Assembly (NCBI GenBank): GCA_963843575.1 | Contig: CAWJKZ010000014.1 | Coordinates: 224,001-288,000 of the forward strand | Reading direction: 5' to 3' | DNA from: an uncultured Acidobacteriota bacterium | GTDB lineage: Bacteria > Acidobacteriota > UBA6911 | DNA: 64,000 nucleotides | Shown: in pieces, positions 51,857 to 64,000 of the stretch | Layout: each line of letters starts with the position of its first letter | Numbering within the stretch: the first letter of the stretch is position 1 | The notes under the pieces: generated by a model | Database searches by the model: none | Seen by the model: the letters and a program-made list of their open reading frames with translations, nothing else | What the model was told of the DNA's origin: nothing | Position numbers and translations under genes: made by a program

Positions 51857-52947
51857 TTGTACTGCGTCCGCAAGCCCCTGTTCCTTGCCTCCTTTGCGCT
51901 CTGGTGCTGCGCCGGCACCTGGGGACAGGACAAGCCCGCAGGACGGGGGGCTGACCCGTCTCGGGGAAGGCAGTCTATGTCGATGCGGCAGACCCGAACG
52001 GCGACGCCGTCAGCAACTCGGGCGTGCTTGTGCTGGAGCACTCGGTCCTCGTCTTCGACACGCACTTCACCCCTGAAGCCGGCCAGGCGCTGGCGGGCCG
52101 CATCCGAGCCGTGACGCAAAACCCTGTCCGCTTTGTCGTGCTCAGCCACTTCCACCCGGATCACACCCACGGCACGCAGGCCTTCGCCTCGGCGCCCATT
52201 GTCCTGAGCAGCAGCGCCACCCGGCGCGACATGCTGCAGAAGGATATCCCCGTGATGAACCGCGCCGTGACGGCAGCCGAGGCCCAGGTCGCCAAAATGA
52301 ACAAAGAGGTGGCGGCGATCAAGGACCCGGCGCAGCAGGAAGCGTTGCGGCGGCAGATCAGGCTGCGCGACGACTTCCTGCAGCGCATATCGCGCCTGAA
52401 GATCGCACAGCCGGTCCTGACGGTGGACGATTCGCTGGCCCTCGTCGAGGGGAAGCGCCGGATTGAGCTCCGATGTCTCGGGGCAGGCCACACCGAGGGG
52501 GACCTCGTGCTGTACCTGCCGGACGAAAAGATCGTTTTCTGCGGTGACCTTTTCTTCAACAGGGCGCTGCCGAACACACAGGACGGCAGCCTGCTCGAGT
52601 GGATGAAGACGGTGCCCGAGCTGCTGAAACTCGATGCGGAGACGTTCGTGCCCGGTCACGGTCCCGTCGGGACGCGCGAGGACGTGAAGGTCTTCCTCTC
52701 CTACCTGGAGGAGCTGAGGAAGCTGGTGGAGGCCGGGGTGAACCGCGGTGATGGCGTGGAGCAGCTGATACAGGACTCTCAGGTGCCCGCCCGGTTCGCC
52801 TCATGGCAGTTCCAGAATTTCTTCCCCGCCAACCTGCAAAAAATGTACACGGAACTGAAGGCGCTGCAACTCTCCGCGACGCCTGCCGACCCCGCGACGG
52901 GCCGAAAGCCGGAACCGGAGAAACCGAAACCGCGAGTCAACCCGTGA
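51857..52947 (+). CDS. Exported MBL-fold metallo-hydrolase (frameshift near 51960)
   Basis: Signal peptide; NSGVL, SHFHPDHTHG, GHTEGD, FCGD, VPGHG. Confidence 0.88.
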
Positions 52948-53015
52948 CGACCGTGGCCGGCCAACGCCACTCCGGTGCTGCCGAAACAGCGCCTCCTATG
53001 CTAAGCTGATCGCCC

Positions 53016-53744
53016 ATGAGCCCCGAGATCTCCATTTCGCATCCGGTGTGCCCGTCATGCGGCGGTTCCGGGTGGGAGCGCACTCCGGGGAGCCCGTCTG
53101 TCCGGCGCTGCAGCTGCACGCACGCGGGACGAATCGAACGGCTGCTGGCGGAGTCGCGGATCCCCAGGAGGTACGAGCACTGTGACATGGATTCGTACAT
53201 GCCGAACGACCCGTCCCAGAAAAAGGCGAAGTCCGACGTCGTGCGCTTTCTCGAGCAGTACCCCCTGATCGATGTCGGCCTGCTCTTCATGGGTTCGTGC
53301 GGAGTCGGCAAGACGCACCTGGCCGTCGCTCTCCTGAGACACGTAATCGTGGAGAGGGGGGACAGCGGGTTGTTCTACGACTTCCGCGACCTGCTCCGCG
53401 AAATCCAGGGAAGCTACAACTCGGTGTCGCAGACCTCCGAACTCGACATACTCCGCCCCGTGCTGGACGCGAACCTTCTGGTGCTGGACGAACTTGGGGC
53501 CAACAAGCCCACCGACTGGGTGCGCGACACGATTGCCCACATCATCAATTGCCGGTACAACGACAAGAAGCTCACGATCTTCACCTCGAACTATCTCGAC
53601 GCGCCCGCCCGCACCGGGGAGGAGAGCCTCACCGACCGGATCGGCGCCAGGCTCCGCTCGCGGCTGTACGAGATGTGCAAGGTCGTGAAGATCGAAGGCA
53701 AAGACTTCCGCAAAGAGATCAAACAGGCTGGGTACCGATTCTGA
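53016..53744 (+). CDS. DnaC/IstB-like AAA+ ATPase with N-terminal Zn ribbon
   Basis: CPSCGGSG..RCSC, GSCGVGKTHL, LVLDELG, FTSN, RIGARLRSRL. Confidence 0.88.
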   Translation: MSPEISISHPVCPSCGGSGWERTPGSPSVRRCSCTHAGRIERLLAESRIPRRYEHCDMDSYMPNDPSQKKAKSDVVRFLEQYPLIDVGLLFMGSCGVGKTHLAVALLRHVIVERGDSGLFYDFRDLLREIQGSYNSVSQTSELDILRPVLDANLLVLDELGANKPTDWVRDTIAHIINCRYNDKKLTIFTSNYLDAPARTGEESLTDRIGARLRSRLYEMCKVVKIEGKDFRKEIKQAGYRF

Positions 53745-53745
53745 G

Positions 53746-54758
<1,013 letters not shown>

Positions 54759-54762
<4 letters not shown>

Positions 54763-55677
54763 AGCGCGGACATGGCTCCCAACCCGATCGTGGCGAACTG
54801 CTGGCGCGCGCGCGCCGGCTCCAGGTCAAGGCCCGCCACGTCGCCCTCGCGCAATTCTCCGGCTTGTACCGGAGCGCGTTCAAAGGGCAGGGCGTCGAGT
54901 TCTCGGACGTGCGCGAATACGCACCGGGCGATGACATCCGCCTGATCGACTGGAACGTTTCGGCGCGCAGCCAGACCCTGTTCGTCAAGCGCATGGCCGA
55001 GGAACGCGAGAGGAGCGTCCTGCTGGCGATGGACACCTCGGCGTCGCTGGCGTTCGGCACGGTCCGGAGGACGAAATTCGAGCTGCTGCAGGAGACTCGC
55101 GGCGCTGCTCGCGCTCGCGTGCAGCTACGGCAGCGATCGCGTGAGCCTGGCTCTGTTCCGGTCGACGGTGGAAGCCTTCGTCCCGGCGGCCAAGGGCTGG
55201 ACACACACGGAACGTATCGTCCGGGAGATCGCTTCCGCCCGGCCAGGCGGCACCTCGGGAGACCTGGAGCCGTTCTGGGCTTTCGTCAACTCGGCCGCCG
55301 TGCCGCGCAGCCTGCTTTTCTTTCTGGCGGACTTCCAGGCCCCTCTGCGGGCTGGCAACGGCCTTCTGGCCGCATGCCGCAAGCATGAGATCATCGCGCT
55401 CCTGGTTTCGGATCCCAGGGAGTGGGCGCTTCCGCCCGTGGGCCGGGTTCGGGTAAGTGACCCGGAAAGCGGCCGGACGCGCGTGATCAACACGGATCGG
55501 CCGGAGACCAGGGTGGACTACGAGAGGTGTGCAAGCGAGGCGCGCGCGGCAGTGACCGGCACGCTACGGCGGGCAGGGATCGAATTCGTGCACCTAACTA
55601 CCGGGGCAGACTACGAGGCGGCTCTGCGGCGGTTCCTGGAGGCCAGGATCGCTAAAACGGAATATCGTCGTCCGTGA
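54759..55677 (+). CDS. DUF58 (VWA-like) protein (frameshift near 55095)
   Basis: [42 protein letters not shown]. Confidence 0.9.
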
Positions 55678-56107
55678 TGCCGCCGCCCGCGTCCTGGAAC
55701 CCCGAATCCGCCTCGGGAGCCCGGGCGGGATAAGGCTGGGGCGGGGCGCCGCCGGCGTCGGCCCCGGCACCTTCGGCGCGGGGGCCGAGCAGAATCATCT
55801 GGTTGGCGATGACCTCGGTGGTGCGCCGCTTGTTGCCGTCCTTGTCGTTCCACTCGCGGGTCTGGAGCCTCCCTTCGACGCAGACCTGCCGACCCTTGAC
55901 CAGGTAACGCTTGCTGAGCTCCGCCAGCTTCCTCCACGCGACAATATTGTGCCACTCGGTGCGGTCCTGCTTCGTGCCGCTCTTGTCGGTCCACGATTCC
56001 GAGGTGGCGATGCTGAAATTCGCCACCGGCGTGCCGTCCGGGGTGTAACGGATTTCGGGGTCGCGCCCGAGGTTGCCGATCAGGATGACCTTGTTGAGGG
56101 AACCCAT
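55652..56107 (-). CDS. ssb: Single-stranded DNA-binding protein
   Basis: [23 protein letters not shown]-terminal DDDIPF. Confidence 0.98.
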   Translation of the reverse strand: MGSLNKVILIGNLGRDPEIRYTPDGTPVANFSIATSESWTDKSGTKQDRTEWHNIVAWRKLAELSKRYLVKGRQVCVEGRLQTREWNDKDGNKRRTTEVIANQMILLGPRAEGAGADAGGAPPQPYPARAPEADSGFQDAGGGITDDDIPF

Positions 56108-56137
56108 AGCGATTGCGCCTCCCGGCGGCAGGGGCTG

Positions 56138-56992
56138 CTACCTGCGCCGCGTCGCCGGCCGGGCCGGCTTGGACAGATCGATGCCGAGGTTTTCAAGTTC
56201 GTTCTTGGCCAGCCCGGCTTCGGGACTGGACGCGTGCTTCTGCACGACGGTCTTGAGGTCTTCGATGGCGTTGTCCCGCTCCTTGATCGCCAGTTCGGCC
56301 TTGGCCCGCTTGAAATAGGCGCTCGCGACCTTGTCGCCCGAAGGGTAATCGTTCATGATGCGCGTGAACGCGGCGATCGCCTGGGGATATTTGCCGGAGT
56401 TGTAGTAGGCCTCGCCGATGTTGTACTGCGCGTCGTCGGCCTTTTCACTGCCGGGGTAGCTCTTGATAAAAGCGGTGAAGCCCTCGATGGCGAGGTCCAG
56501 GTTGCCCTGGACGAGGTCGTTGAACGCTTCGTTGTAAATCGTGTCGGCCGAGAGGGCCATCGTGCCGGGATCGGCTCCCGGGTTCTGGAAAACACGCTGC
56601 GTGATGGGCTTGGACTGGACCTTCAACTCCGCCACCTGCTGCGCGAGCGCGGAGATGCGCGTGGCGGAATCGTCTATCTTGGACGCCAAGCCTCGGATCT
56701 CCTGCAGCAGGGCCTGATTGCCGGATTTGTCTCCAGACGACTGGCTTTCGAGGTTGGCGGAGATCGACCCCAGGAGCTGGTTCGATTTCCCTACCTGGTC
56801 GTTGAGCTGGACGACCAGGCTCTTGAGCCCGTCGGTTTTTTCGTTAAATGTCTTCTCCAGCAGACGCAGCTGGTTCTGCAAGGCCAGGACGTCGTTTTGG
56901 AGCCGCAGAATCTCCTCTTTGGTTCCGGCTTGTGCCGAAGGCGGCAAGGCCGTCAGCGCCGCAACGAGGCATATAAGGACTGCTTGTTTCAT
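56138..56992 (-). CDS. cpoB: Tol-Pal system protein YbgF/CpoB
   Basis: Signal peptide, coiled coil, then TPR domain (YP.S.KADDAQY.IGE); directly after pal. Confidence 0.88.
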   Translation of the reverse strand: MKQAVLICLVAALTALPPSAQAGTKEEILRLQNDVLALQNQLRLLEKTFNEKTDGLKSLVVQLNDQVGKSNQLLGSISANLESQSSGDKSGNQALLQEIRGLASKIDDSATRISALAQQVAELKVQSKPITQRVFQNPGADPGTMALSADTIYNEAFNDLVQGNLDLAIEGFTAFIKSYPGSEKADDAQYNIGEAYYNSGKYPQAIAAFTRIMNDYPSGDKVASAYFKRAKAELAIKERDNAIEDLKTVVQKHASSPEAGLAKNELENLGIDLSKPARPATRRR

Positions 56993-57070
56993 GGGTCTCT
57001 CCTGCAGGAAATTGCATGCTTTTATTGTTTCACAGGCAGGCAACGCCTTCAATCTGCAGTGCGAACGAAA

Positions 57071-57104
57071 GCCGGAGAGGAGAGCCGGGATTCTCCTCTC
57101 CGGC
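57071..57104 (-). terminator. Intrinsic terminator or stabilising hairpin after pal
   Basis: 13-bp perfect stem GCCGGAGAGGAGA/TCTCCTCTCCGGC with an 8-nt loop, followed by TTTCGTT on the minus strand. Confidence 0.7.
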
Positions 57105-57127
57105 AGTAGACCGAGACCCGCAAAGGC

Positions 57128-57889
57128 CTAGCGCAGGACGAAGTGAGCGCGCCGGTTTTGCTGCCAGCACTCTTCGGTGTGATCCGTGCACACCTGGCGT
57201 TCCTCGCCGTAGCTGATGGTCTCGACACGGTCGCCGCCGACACCCTGGCCGACCAGTAATTCCTTGGCGGCATTTGCCCGCTTGTCGCCGAGCGCGAGGT
57301 TGTATTTCTCCGAACCTCGCTCGTCGCAGTGACCTTCGATCGTGAACCGGACGCCAGTTCTCTCGCCGAGGGCGCGGGCGTTTTCCTGCAACACTCCGCG
57401 GGCGTCGTCACGGATGTCGTACTTGTCGTAGTCGAAAAAGATGTCGTGCACGCGGGTTTCGAAGAACTCGCTGTCGGAGATCGACCGTGGCGGAGGAGGA
57501 GCCACGGCCGACGGGGCGGTCACGGTGACGCGGGTCTCGGCGTTGGCCGTGCCTCCCGGCCCGGTCGCCCTCGCGGTGTAGGTGGTGGAGCTGCTCGGGC
57601 TGACGCTGCGGCTGCCGGACGGTTCCACGGTCCCGACGCCGCCGTCGATCGTCACGCTGGAGGCGTTGCCGGTGTTCCAGGAGAGCGTGGCAGACTGCCC
57701 GCGCTCAATCGTCGACGGGGAGGCGGAGAGTGAAATCGTAGGGGCTGGCGGCGCCGGCGCCGGCGGCGGGGCTTCCACTTTAGGGGCGGCCGGAGGGGGC
57801 GTCACCTTCTTCTTGCAGCCACTCCCGGTAACGGCCATGCCCACGAGAAGAACGATCGCGACGGCCAGCGTAGACAGAGACTTTCTCAT
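57128..57889 (-). CDS. pal: Peptidoglycan-associated lipoprotein Pal with extra Ig-like domain
   Basis: Lipobox SGC-KKK; FFDYDK, IEGHCDERGS..YNLALGDKRA, ISYGEE, NRRAH. Confidence 0.93.
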   Translation of the reverse strand: MRKSLSTLAVAIVLLVGMAVTGSGCKKKVTPPPAAPKVEAPPPAPAPPAPTISLSASPSTIERGQSATLSWNTGNASSVTIDGGVGTVEPSGSRSVSPSSSTTYTARATGPGGTANAETRVTVTAPSAVAPPPPRSISDSEFFETRVHDIFFDYDKYDIRDDARGVLQENARALGERTGVRFTIEGHCDERGSEKYNLALGDKRANAAKELLVGQGVGGDRVETISYGEERQVCTDHTEECWQQNRRAHFVLR

Positions 57890-58068
57890 TTGAATTGGGC
57901 CTCCTTCGAATCCCGAACGTGGTTGTTCACTGTTAGCGCAGTCGTAAGGCGGTTCGCTGCTTTTCCTGATTCACGGCGGTCTTTTCCGTGCGGAAGCGCT
58001 ACTATAACACAGCGCCCCGCGGGCCAGATAAAAATCGACGCGCAATGCAAAAAACTACCTCGAAAACT

Positions 58069-59406
58069 TCAATCCCTGCGCACATAGCCGCCCCATGCGG
58101 GACTCGTATTGCTCCCTTGCGTGGTGATCACGCGCACCTCGGACCCGTCTGCAAGCATGATGAAGATCTGAGGACTGCCGTTGCGGTTGGATTGAAACGT
58201 GATGTGACGGCTATCGGGAGCCCACGACGGGCTCTCGTTGCTCCCGGCGCCATTGGTCGCCTGAAATAGTTTTCCACTGCCGACCTCCGCCAGGTAGATG
58301 TCGTAATTGTCGGCATTCCGGGGCTTCCAGTGGAACGCCAGCCAGCGTCCGTCGGGCGACCACGAGGGGGAGTCCGCGTCACCCCCCTCCTTCACGATCC
58401 GGCGCACGTTGGCTCCGTCCTTGTCGCAGATGAAGACCTGCCCGGCGCCTTCGCGGCTCGAAACGAACGCGATCTGGTTGCCCGAGGGCGACCAGGTGGG
58501 TGACGTGTCGATACCCGGATGATTGGTGATGTTGCGCCGATCCGAGCCGTCCAGCTTGGAGATGAACAGATCCGCGTCGCCGCGCGGCGTGCGGAGCGAA
58601 AAGACCACCTCGGTCCCGTCGGGGGAAATCGCCGGGGTCGACGCAAAGGAGTTGAACATCGGGAAGGGGAGCCGCGAGCCGTCAAGGTAGGAGTGAATGT
58701 TGACCTCCCACTTGCCGGTGCGCGAGCTGATGAACGCCAGCTTCGAATTATCCACCGACCAGGTGGGGAACAGGTTCGTCGACCCGTTGTGGGTGAACGC
58801 CCGCTGGTCGTTGCCGTCGTAATCCATCACATAGATTTCCTTCGCGGCCCCCCGGCGCGAGGTGTAGGCGATCTTCGTCGAAGCGATCCCCCTGGACTGT
58901 CCGGCCGTCAGCTTGTAGACGATCTCGTCGGCCCAGCGGTGCGCGATTGCGCGCACCTGATCGGTGTCGCCCGATATGCGCTGGCCGAAGCTCATCGTCC
59001 TCTGCTTCATGTCGAAAATGCGCAGCTCGGCCCGCAGGATGCCGCCGACCACATCGACCGTACCCGCGGTCAGAAAAGTCACATCGAAGGGGAGAGACTT
59101 CCAGCTGTCATAGTTGACGTCCTCGGGCGAAATGATCGGCTGGGGAGGGTAGAAACTCTTGCCCGCCATCGTAAAGTGTCCCGAAAACTTCAGGTCGTCC
59201 CAGAGCACCTGGTTGAAGGTCTTCAGGGCGTCAGCCAGCTCGGCGGCCACCTCGGGGCGCTGCGGCTGGACGTCGGCGACGGCAAGAATCATCTCCTCAA
59301 GTGCCCGCGGGCGGATCACGATCTGGCAAAATGCCCGATCGGCGAAAAGCAGAGGAAGGATCAACGCCCAAACCAGCGCCGCGATCAACGGTTTTCGTAA
59401 CGACAT
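58069..59406 (-). CDS. tolB: Tol-Pal beta-propeller protein TolB
   Basis: AHRWADEI, TKIAY, six P.WSPDG-type (PD40) repeats. Confidence 0.92.
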   Translation of the reverse strand: MSLRKPLIAALVWALILPLLFADRAFCQIVIRPRALEEMILAVADVQPQRPEVAAELADALKTFNQVLWDDLKFSGHFTMAGKSFYPPQPIISPEDVNYDSWKSLPFDVTFLTAGTVDVVGGILRAELRIFDMKQRTMSFGQRISGDTDQVRAIAHRWADEIVYKLTAGQSRGIASTKIAYTSRRGAAKEIYVMDYDGNDQRAFTHNGSTNLFPTWSVDNSKLAFISSRTGKWEVNIHSYLDGSRLPFPMFNSFASTPAISPDGTEVVFSLRTPRGDADLFISKLDGSDRRNITNHPGIDTSPTWSPSGNQIAFVSSREGAGQVFICDKDGANVRRIVKEGGDADSPSWSPDGRWLAFHWKPRNADNYDIYLAEVGSGKLFQATNGAGSNESPSWAPDSRHITFQSNRNGSPQIFIMLADGSEVRVITTQGSNTSPAWGGYVRRD

Positions 59407-59427
59407 CGCGCTCCTTGAGGACCATCC

Positions 59428-60243
59428 TCACTGGGGAGGATGCACAAACTGCGCTATGAATTGAATCGGCCTGCCGCGCAACTCCGGGGGTGGGGCAGCC
59501 AGCGGGTTCGATGCGCGGATCGCCCGCTCGGCGGTCAGGTCCAGCGCGTCGTTCCCCGAAGACTTTTCCTTCTGGATATTGTAGATGCTGCCGTCGGTGG
59601 CGATGAAAAAGCTGTACACCACCTCGACGCGGATCCCCTGCGCCGGCCTTATCCAGTTGGAGCTGATCCGCGACTCGACCACGCGCGCGTACCAGGAGTC
59701 CCCGATACCCCCCGAACCTGCCCCGATCGAAATCCCGATGCCACCACCCCGTCCGCCGCCGGAGCCCCCGGCCAGACCACCGGTCCCTCCGGCCCCCGGC
59801 TGGGGAGCCGTCGGGATGACGTTCGAGTCCTGTACGGGCGGCAAGGCTTTCCTGGAAGGATTCGCGGCAGTCTGTTCGACCTTGCGGGGTTTCTTGGGCG
59901 CAATCGTGTCGGGAAGTGCCACCGCGTCTTTTGGCGGCGGCTCCTTGACCGCCGGCTTTTCGGCGGGGAGTGGGGGAGGCTGGGGCGTCAGGGAAGGCTT
60001 GATCATGCCCGCACCCCCGGACAACTCGTCCGCGAGCCCCACGGCAAATGAATCACCGCCGGCACCCCCGCCCGGTCCCGAGCCCAGCACGATCGCTCCG
60101 GGCCTGGGAAGCAGGGAAGGAAGAAAGACGAGCACAAGAACCGCGCCGCAGTGAATTCCCAGCGACGCCAGCACGGAACGGCCGTAACTTTCCCGGATCA
60201 GCGGAATGTCCAGCAGGGTTCCACGGCTCGATTGGCGCGGCAT
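59428..60243 (-). CDS. TolA/TonB-family energy transducer
   Basis: TM with S..H motif (SLGIH), Gly/Pro-rich linker, C-terminal SSG..ALD..A.RAI domain. Confidence 0.85.
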   Translation of the reverse strand: MPRQSSRGTLLDIPLIRESYGRSVLASLGIHCGAVLVLVFLPSLLPRPGAIVLGSGPGGGAGGDSFAVGLADELSGGAGMIKPSLTPQPPPLPAEKPAVKEPPPKDAVALPDTIAPKKPRKVEQTAANPSRKALPPVQDSNVIPTAPQPGAGGTGGLAGGSGGGRGGGIGISIGAGSGGIGDSWYARVVESRISSNWIRPAQGIRVEVVYSFFIATDGSIYNIQKEKSSGNDALDLTAERAIRASNPLAAPPPELRGRPIQFIAQFVHPPQ

Positions 60244-60247
60244 GGGG

Positions 60248-60676
60248 CTACTTCCTCCTGCGCGGCTCCGCGAAAGGCTTTGTGACCAGGCTGATCTCCG
60301 TGTAACCCGCCTTGCGGATCTCGTCCATCACCGACACGATCGAGTTCCACTTCACATCCTTGTCCGCCCGCAGATAGATCGTGTCCTTCGGACCCTTTAC
60401 GTCTCTCTTAAGATGCTCGGCAATGGTGGAAAAGTTGATCGCTTCGGAGCCGTAGTAAATGAGACCCTCCCGGCTTATCGAGAGCACGATGCGCTCCTCG
60501 GGATTGCTCTCGACGACGTTGCGGGTCTCCGGCAGCTGGACGTTGATGCCGGTCTGGAGAATCGGAGCCGTGACCATGAAGATGATGAGCAGCACCAACA
60601 TGACGTCGACCATCGGGGTCACGTTGATCTCCGAGAGCGAGGTGGAAGTGCGACCCTGCTGAGTGGTGAACGCCAT
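60248..60676 (-). CDS. tolR: TolR/ExbD
   Basis: [28 protein letters not shown]. Confidence 0.9.
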   Translation of the reverse strand: MAFTTQQGRTSTSLSEINVTPMVDVMLVLLIIFMVTAPILQTGINVQLPETRNVVESNPEERIVLSISREGLIYYGSEAINFSTIAEHLKRDVKGPKDTIYLRADKDVKWNSIVSVMDEIRKAGYTEISLVTKPFAEPRRRK

Positions 60677-61374
60677 TATCCGAAACTCCGTTCGACCAGG
60701 TTCATGAGCTCGGCCGAAAAATCGTCCATCTCCGCGCCGATTTCTTTCAATCTGTAGACAAACTGATTGTAGGCGATCACCGCGGGGATGGCTGCGAAGA
60801 GGCCGGCCGCAGTGGCCCACAACGCTTCGGAAATGCCCGGGGCTACCGCTTGGATGGACGCGGTCTTTTCGAGCCCAAGCCCCTGGAAAGCAGAAATGAT
60901 CCCGACGACGGTGCCGAGCAGGCCGATGAAGGGAGTCACCGAAGCCGTGGTGGCGAGCCACGTCAGGTTCTTCTCAAGCACGGACAGTTCGGCGGTGGCC
61001 GCGCGCTTCAACGACCGCTCGATCCCGCTCAAACTGCGCTCCGCCAAAATCACGTGCCCGGGATTGGTCGACGTCGGCGCGGACTTGGCATTGGCTGTCT
61101 GCAGTTGTGCGTTGAGCTCCTGGTAGGCGGCGGCAAATAAACCGGTTAAAGGAGTTTTTGGATAATGCTCGCATCCCGTGCTGACCTCGCTCAACCTGGG
61201 GCTTTTGCGGAAGAAGGAGACAAACGCATGGCTCTGACGCTCTATTTCGCGGAACGTCAGCCACTTGCGGACGATGATCGTCCACGATAGCAGCGAAAAG
61301 AGCAGCAGCAGGATCAAGATCGAGATCGCGAAAGGACTGCTGCTGTGCGCCAAGGCGGAAAAACTGCCCGCCAT
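60676..61374 (-). CDS. tolQ: TolQ/ExbB proton channel
   Basis: [34 protein letters not shown]. Confidence 0.92.
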   Translation of the reverse strand: MAGSFSALAHSSSPFAISILILLLLFSLLSWTIIVRKWLTFREIERQSHAFVSFFRKSPRLSEVSTGCEHYPKTPLTGLFAAAYQELNAQLQTANAKSAPTSTNPGHVILAERSLSGIERSLKRAATAELSVLEKNLTWLATTASVTPFIGLLGTVVGIISAFQGLGLEKTASIQAVAPGISEALWATAAGLFAAIPAVIAYNQFVYRLKEIGAEMDDFSAELMNLVERSFG

Positions 61375-61577
61375 GGGCGGTTCACCCGGGATAGCCTGGA
61401 TCCAGATTATATTCAGAAGTATGGTTGCGGCCCCTCCCCAAGCCTGAATTGTTAGCTCTAAGATGCAGAAGTATCATAGCTTACGGACCATGTCAAACAC
61501 AATTAAGACTGCTTTATGCCGCCCGGCGGATTATGCTAGACTACATCCCCTGCTTTTACCTCAACCGGACGCTCAAC

Positions 61578-63302
61578 ATGCTTAAGCTATTGAGAATCCG
61601 CGATTTTGCGCTAATCCGCGAACTCGACATCGAGTTTGGCCCCGGATTGAACCTGCTATCGGGGGAAACCGGATCGGGCAAGTCGATCATCGTGGACTGT
61701 CTGGGCCTGCTGGCCGGGGAGAGATCCTCCCAGGAGATGGTGCGCTCGGGATGCGAGACCGCCGTCATCGAAGGGGCCTTCATCCCGAGACCCGCGGACG
61801 ACGTTGCCGCGCTGCTGCACGACGCAGGGATCGAAGGGGGAGAAGATCTCCTGGTCCGCCGGGAGGTCTCTTCAGGCGGGCGCAGCCGGATATTCATCAA
61901 CAACTGCCTGGCAACGCTCGCGCTCCTGAAGTCGGTGGGGGTCTACCTCGCCGACATACATGGGCAGCACGACCGCCAGGTCCTGCTGGAGCTTCCCGCC
62001 CATCTGGAGTGGCTTGACCGGTTCGGGGGCAACCTCGAGGAGGTGGGCAAGATCCGCGCTGTCTATCGTGGCCTGCGCCAGACGGCGTCCCGTCTCGAAG
62101 CCCTGCGGATCGACGAGCAGGAGCGTCTCCGCCGCATGGACGTGCTGCGGTTTCAGCTCGACGAAATCCGCCGGGCCGCCCTGCGTCCGGGTGAGAGGGA
62201 GGACTTCGAGTCCGAGAAGCGCATCCTTGCCAACCGCGAACGCATATACGGGCTGGCCAGCGAGGCCTATGGACTGCTGTATGAAAACGATCCGTCCATC
62301 CTGGCGCAGGCTAGCCGACTGCTCAAGCTGCTGCGGGAACTCGAAGGGTTCGACCCCGGCTGGAGGGATCGGGCGGAGGTGCTGCAGGAGACGGTCTACC
62401 GCCTCGAAGACCTTTCCTACGCCGCGCGGGACTACACCGCCAACATCGATTTCACCCCCGGGCGGCTGGACGAGGTCGAGCAGAGGCTGGCAGAGCTCGA
62501 CAAACTCTCGCAAAAATACGGCAGCACCATAACCGACATCGTCTCCTACGGCGACGACTGCGTCCGGCAGCTCGACGAACTGGCCTCGCGCGCCGAAACG
62601 CTGGAAGCCCTCGGGGCCCAGCTCGAAACCGAACGCCGCGTGTATCTCGACATGGCGCGACGGCTCTCGGAGAAGCGCCGCCGCGACGCAGTCCGCCTGC
62701 AACGAGCCGTCCGTCGGGAGTTCCAGTCGCTTGCGCTGGAGAAGATGGAGCTGTCGGTCCGCTTCCATCAACGAGAGCTGGAACAGCCCGCCAGCCCGGT
62801 GCCCGCTGCCTATGGACCGAGCGGCCTGGACCGTGTAGAGTTCCTGATAGCCCCCAACCGGGGCGAAGAAATGAAGCCGCTCGCAAAAACGGCATCCGGA
62901 GGGGAATTGTCGCGGATCATGCTGTCCCTGCGCACGCTCAGCGGTCAGGGGGACGCGGGCAAGACGCTCGTGTTCGACGAGGTGGACACCGGGATCGGGG
63001 GCCGGGTGGCGGAGGCCGTGGGACGCCGCTTGCACGCCATCGCGCGCAACTGCCAGGTCCTCTGCGTGACCCACCTTCCCCAGATCGCCGTGTTCGCCGA
63101 TCGGCACTTCTCGGTGCGCAAACAGGACGCCGGCGGCCGCACCGAGGCTACAGCCGAGGCGCTCGACGACGCGGAGCGCGTCGAGGAACTGGCGCGCATG
63201 CTCGGCGGGGAAGTCATCACCGAAACGACCAGGCGGCATGCGCGCGAAATGCTGGCGCGCGCGTGGTCCGGCACGCGCGACGGCGAGCAGGATCAGGCAT
63301 GA
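61578..63302 (+). CDS. recN: DNA repair protein RecN
   Basis: [39 protein letters not shown]; upstream TGCTAGACT extended -10 at 61534-61542. Confidence 0.96.
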   Translation: MLKLLRIRDFALIRELDIEFGPGLNLLSGETGSGKSIIVDCLGLLAGERSSQEMVRSGCETAVIEGAFIPRPADDVAALLHDAGIEGGEDLLVRREVSSGGRSRIFINNCLATLALLKSVGVYLADIHGQHDRQVLLELPAHLEWLDRFGGNLEEVGKIRAVYRGLRQTASRLEALRIDEQERLRRMDVLRFQLDEIRRAALRPGEREDFESEKRILANRERIYGLASEAYGLLYENDPSILAQASRLLKLLRELEGFDPGWRDRAEVLQETVYRLEDLSYAARDYTANIDFTPGRLDEVEQRLAELDKLSQKYGSTITDIVSYGDDCVRQLDELASRAETLEALGAQLETERRVYLDMARRLSEKRRRDAVRLQRAVRREFQSLALEKMELSVRFHQRELEQPASPVPAAYGPSGLDRVEFLIAPNRGEEMKPLAKTASGGELSRIMLSLRTLSGQGDAGKTLVFDEVDTGIGGRVAEAVGRRLHAIARNCQVLCVTHLPQIAVFADRHFSVRKQDAGGRTEATAEALDDAERVEELARMLGGEVITETTRRHAREMLARAWSGTRDGEQDQA

Positions 63303-64000
63303 AGTACTTCATCGAAACCTTCGGCTGCCAGATGAACGATCTCGACTCGGAAAAAATAGCCGGCGACCTGCGTCACGGCGGCATGGAGGCCGCCGAGGGA
63401 CCCGCCCAGGCGGACGTGATTATTCTCAACACGTGCAGCATCCGGGAAAAGGCGGTTCAGAAGGTGTACGCCAGGCTGGGGAGAAATCAGGCACCGGCGG
63501 GAGTCCCGGCGCGATCTCGTGGTCGGCGTCGTAGGTTGCATGGCCCAGCTCGAAGCGCAGGCCATCCTCGACAGGGCGCCCTTCGTGAACGTGATCGCCG
63601 GCCCACAGAAGGGGCACGTCATGTCGAGCCTGGTCGAGCAAAGCGTCCGCACCGGTGCGCCCGCGATCGACTTGCGGATCGACGACGACCCCGAACCGCT
63701 GGACACAGGATACGTGGCAAGGCAGTGCCGCTGGAGCGCCGGCGTCACCATCAGCGAAGGGTGCAGCCGCCGATGCGCCTTCTGCGTCGTGCCCATGACG
63801 CGCGGCAGGGAACGGGACAGGGAAAGCGCATCGATCATCCGCGAAGTGGAAGGGCTCGTCGCAGAGGGCTACCTCGAAGTCGTGCTGCTCGGCCAGACGG
63901 TCAACTCCTACCGCGACCCGAACAACGCGCGGTTTACCTTCGCCCGCCTCCTCAGGCGCCTGTCGGACATCGACGGGCTCAAGCGCATCCGGTTCACCTC
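63299..64000 (+). CDS. miaB: tRNA methylthiotransferase MiaB (frameshift near 63480; runs off the window end)
   Basis: [46 protein letters not shown]. Confidence 0.93.
   Translation, partial: MKYFIETFGCQMNDLDSEKIAGDLRHGGMEAAEGPAQADVIILNTCSIREKAVQKVYARLGRNQAPAGVPARSRGRRRRLHGPARSAGHPRQGALRERDRRPTEGARHVEPGRAKRPHRCARDRLADRRRPRTAGHRIRGKAVPLERRRHHQRRVQPPMRLLRRAHDARQGTGQGKRIDHPRSGRARRRGLPRSRAARPDGQLLPRPEQRAVYLRPPPQAPVGHRRAQAHPVHL

Noticed and set aside
53016-53744. IstB-like ATPase as part of an IS21 element or prophage
   Set aside because: No istA transposase, terminal repeats or phage genes; it is tightly coupled to moxR.

Overview
High-GC bacterial chromosomal segment with almost entirely housekeeping content. 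An Acidobacteria-like host is inferred from gene content and arrangement only: Pal with an extra Ig-like domain, the mtnP-pfkB pair, a chromosomal DnaC-like ATPase and tol-pal. About 60 CDSs are supported. Translation and RNA modification: alaS, hisS, tsaB-rimI, a TrmH-family methyltransferase, miaB. DNA metabolism: recX, radC, mutL, mutS, dnaE, rarA, ssb, recN. Envelope: lipid A acyltransferase, uppP, a GT39/flippase pair, tol-pal. Central metabolism, plus a MoxR/VWA (Bat-like) system split across two loci. At least 13 genes are broken by frameshifts, including essential dnaE; those I traced at base level are single extra bases. This is most simply long-read assembly error, not pseudogenisation. 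I found no rRNA, tRNA, CRISPR array, prophage or transposase, and I cannot claim a clear new system. Best leads: (1) a 19.7-23.9 kb block of four unannotatable genes next to a single-ring ClpA/B/C-D2-type ATPase that carries a ClpP-docking IGF loop; (2) a 244-bp structured MITE-like element whose ends supply the stop codons of both flanking genes; (3) several proteins with unusual extra domains or altered catalytic residues.
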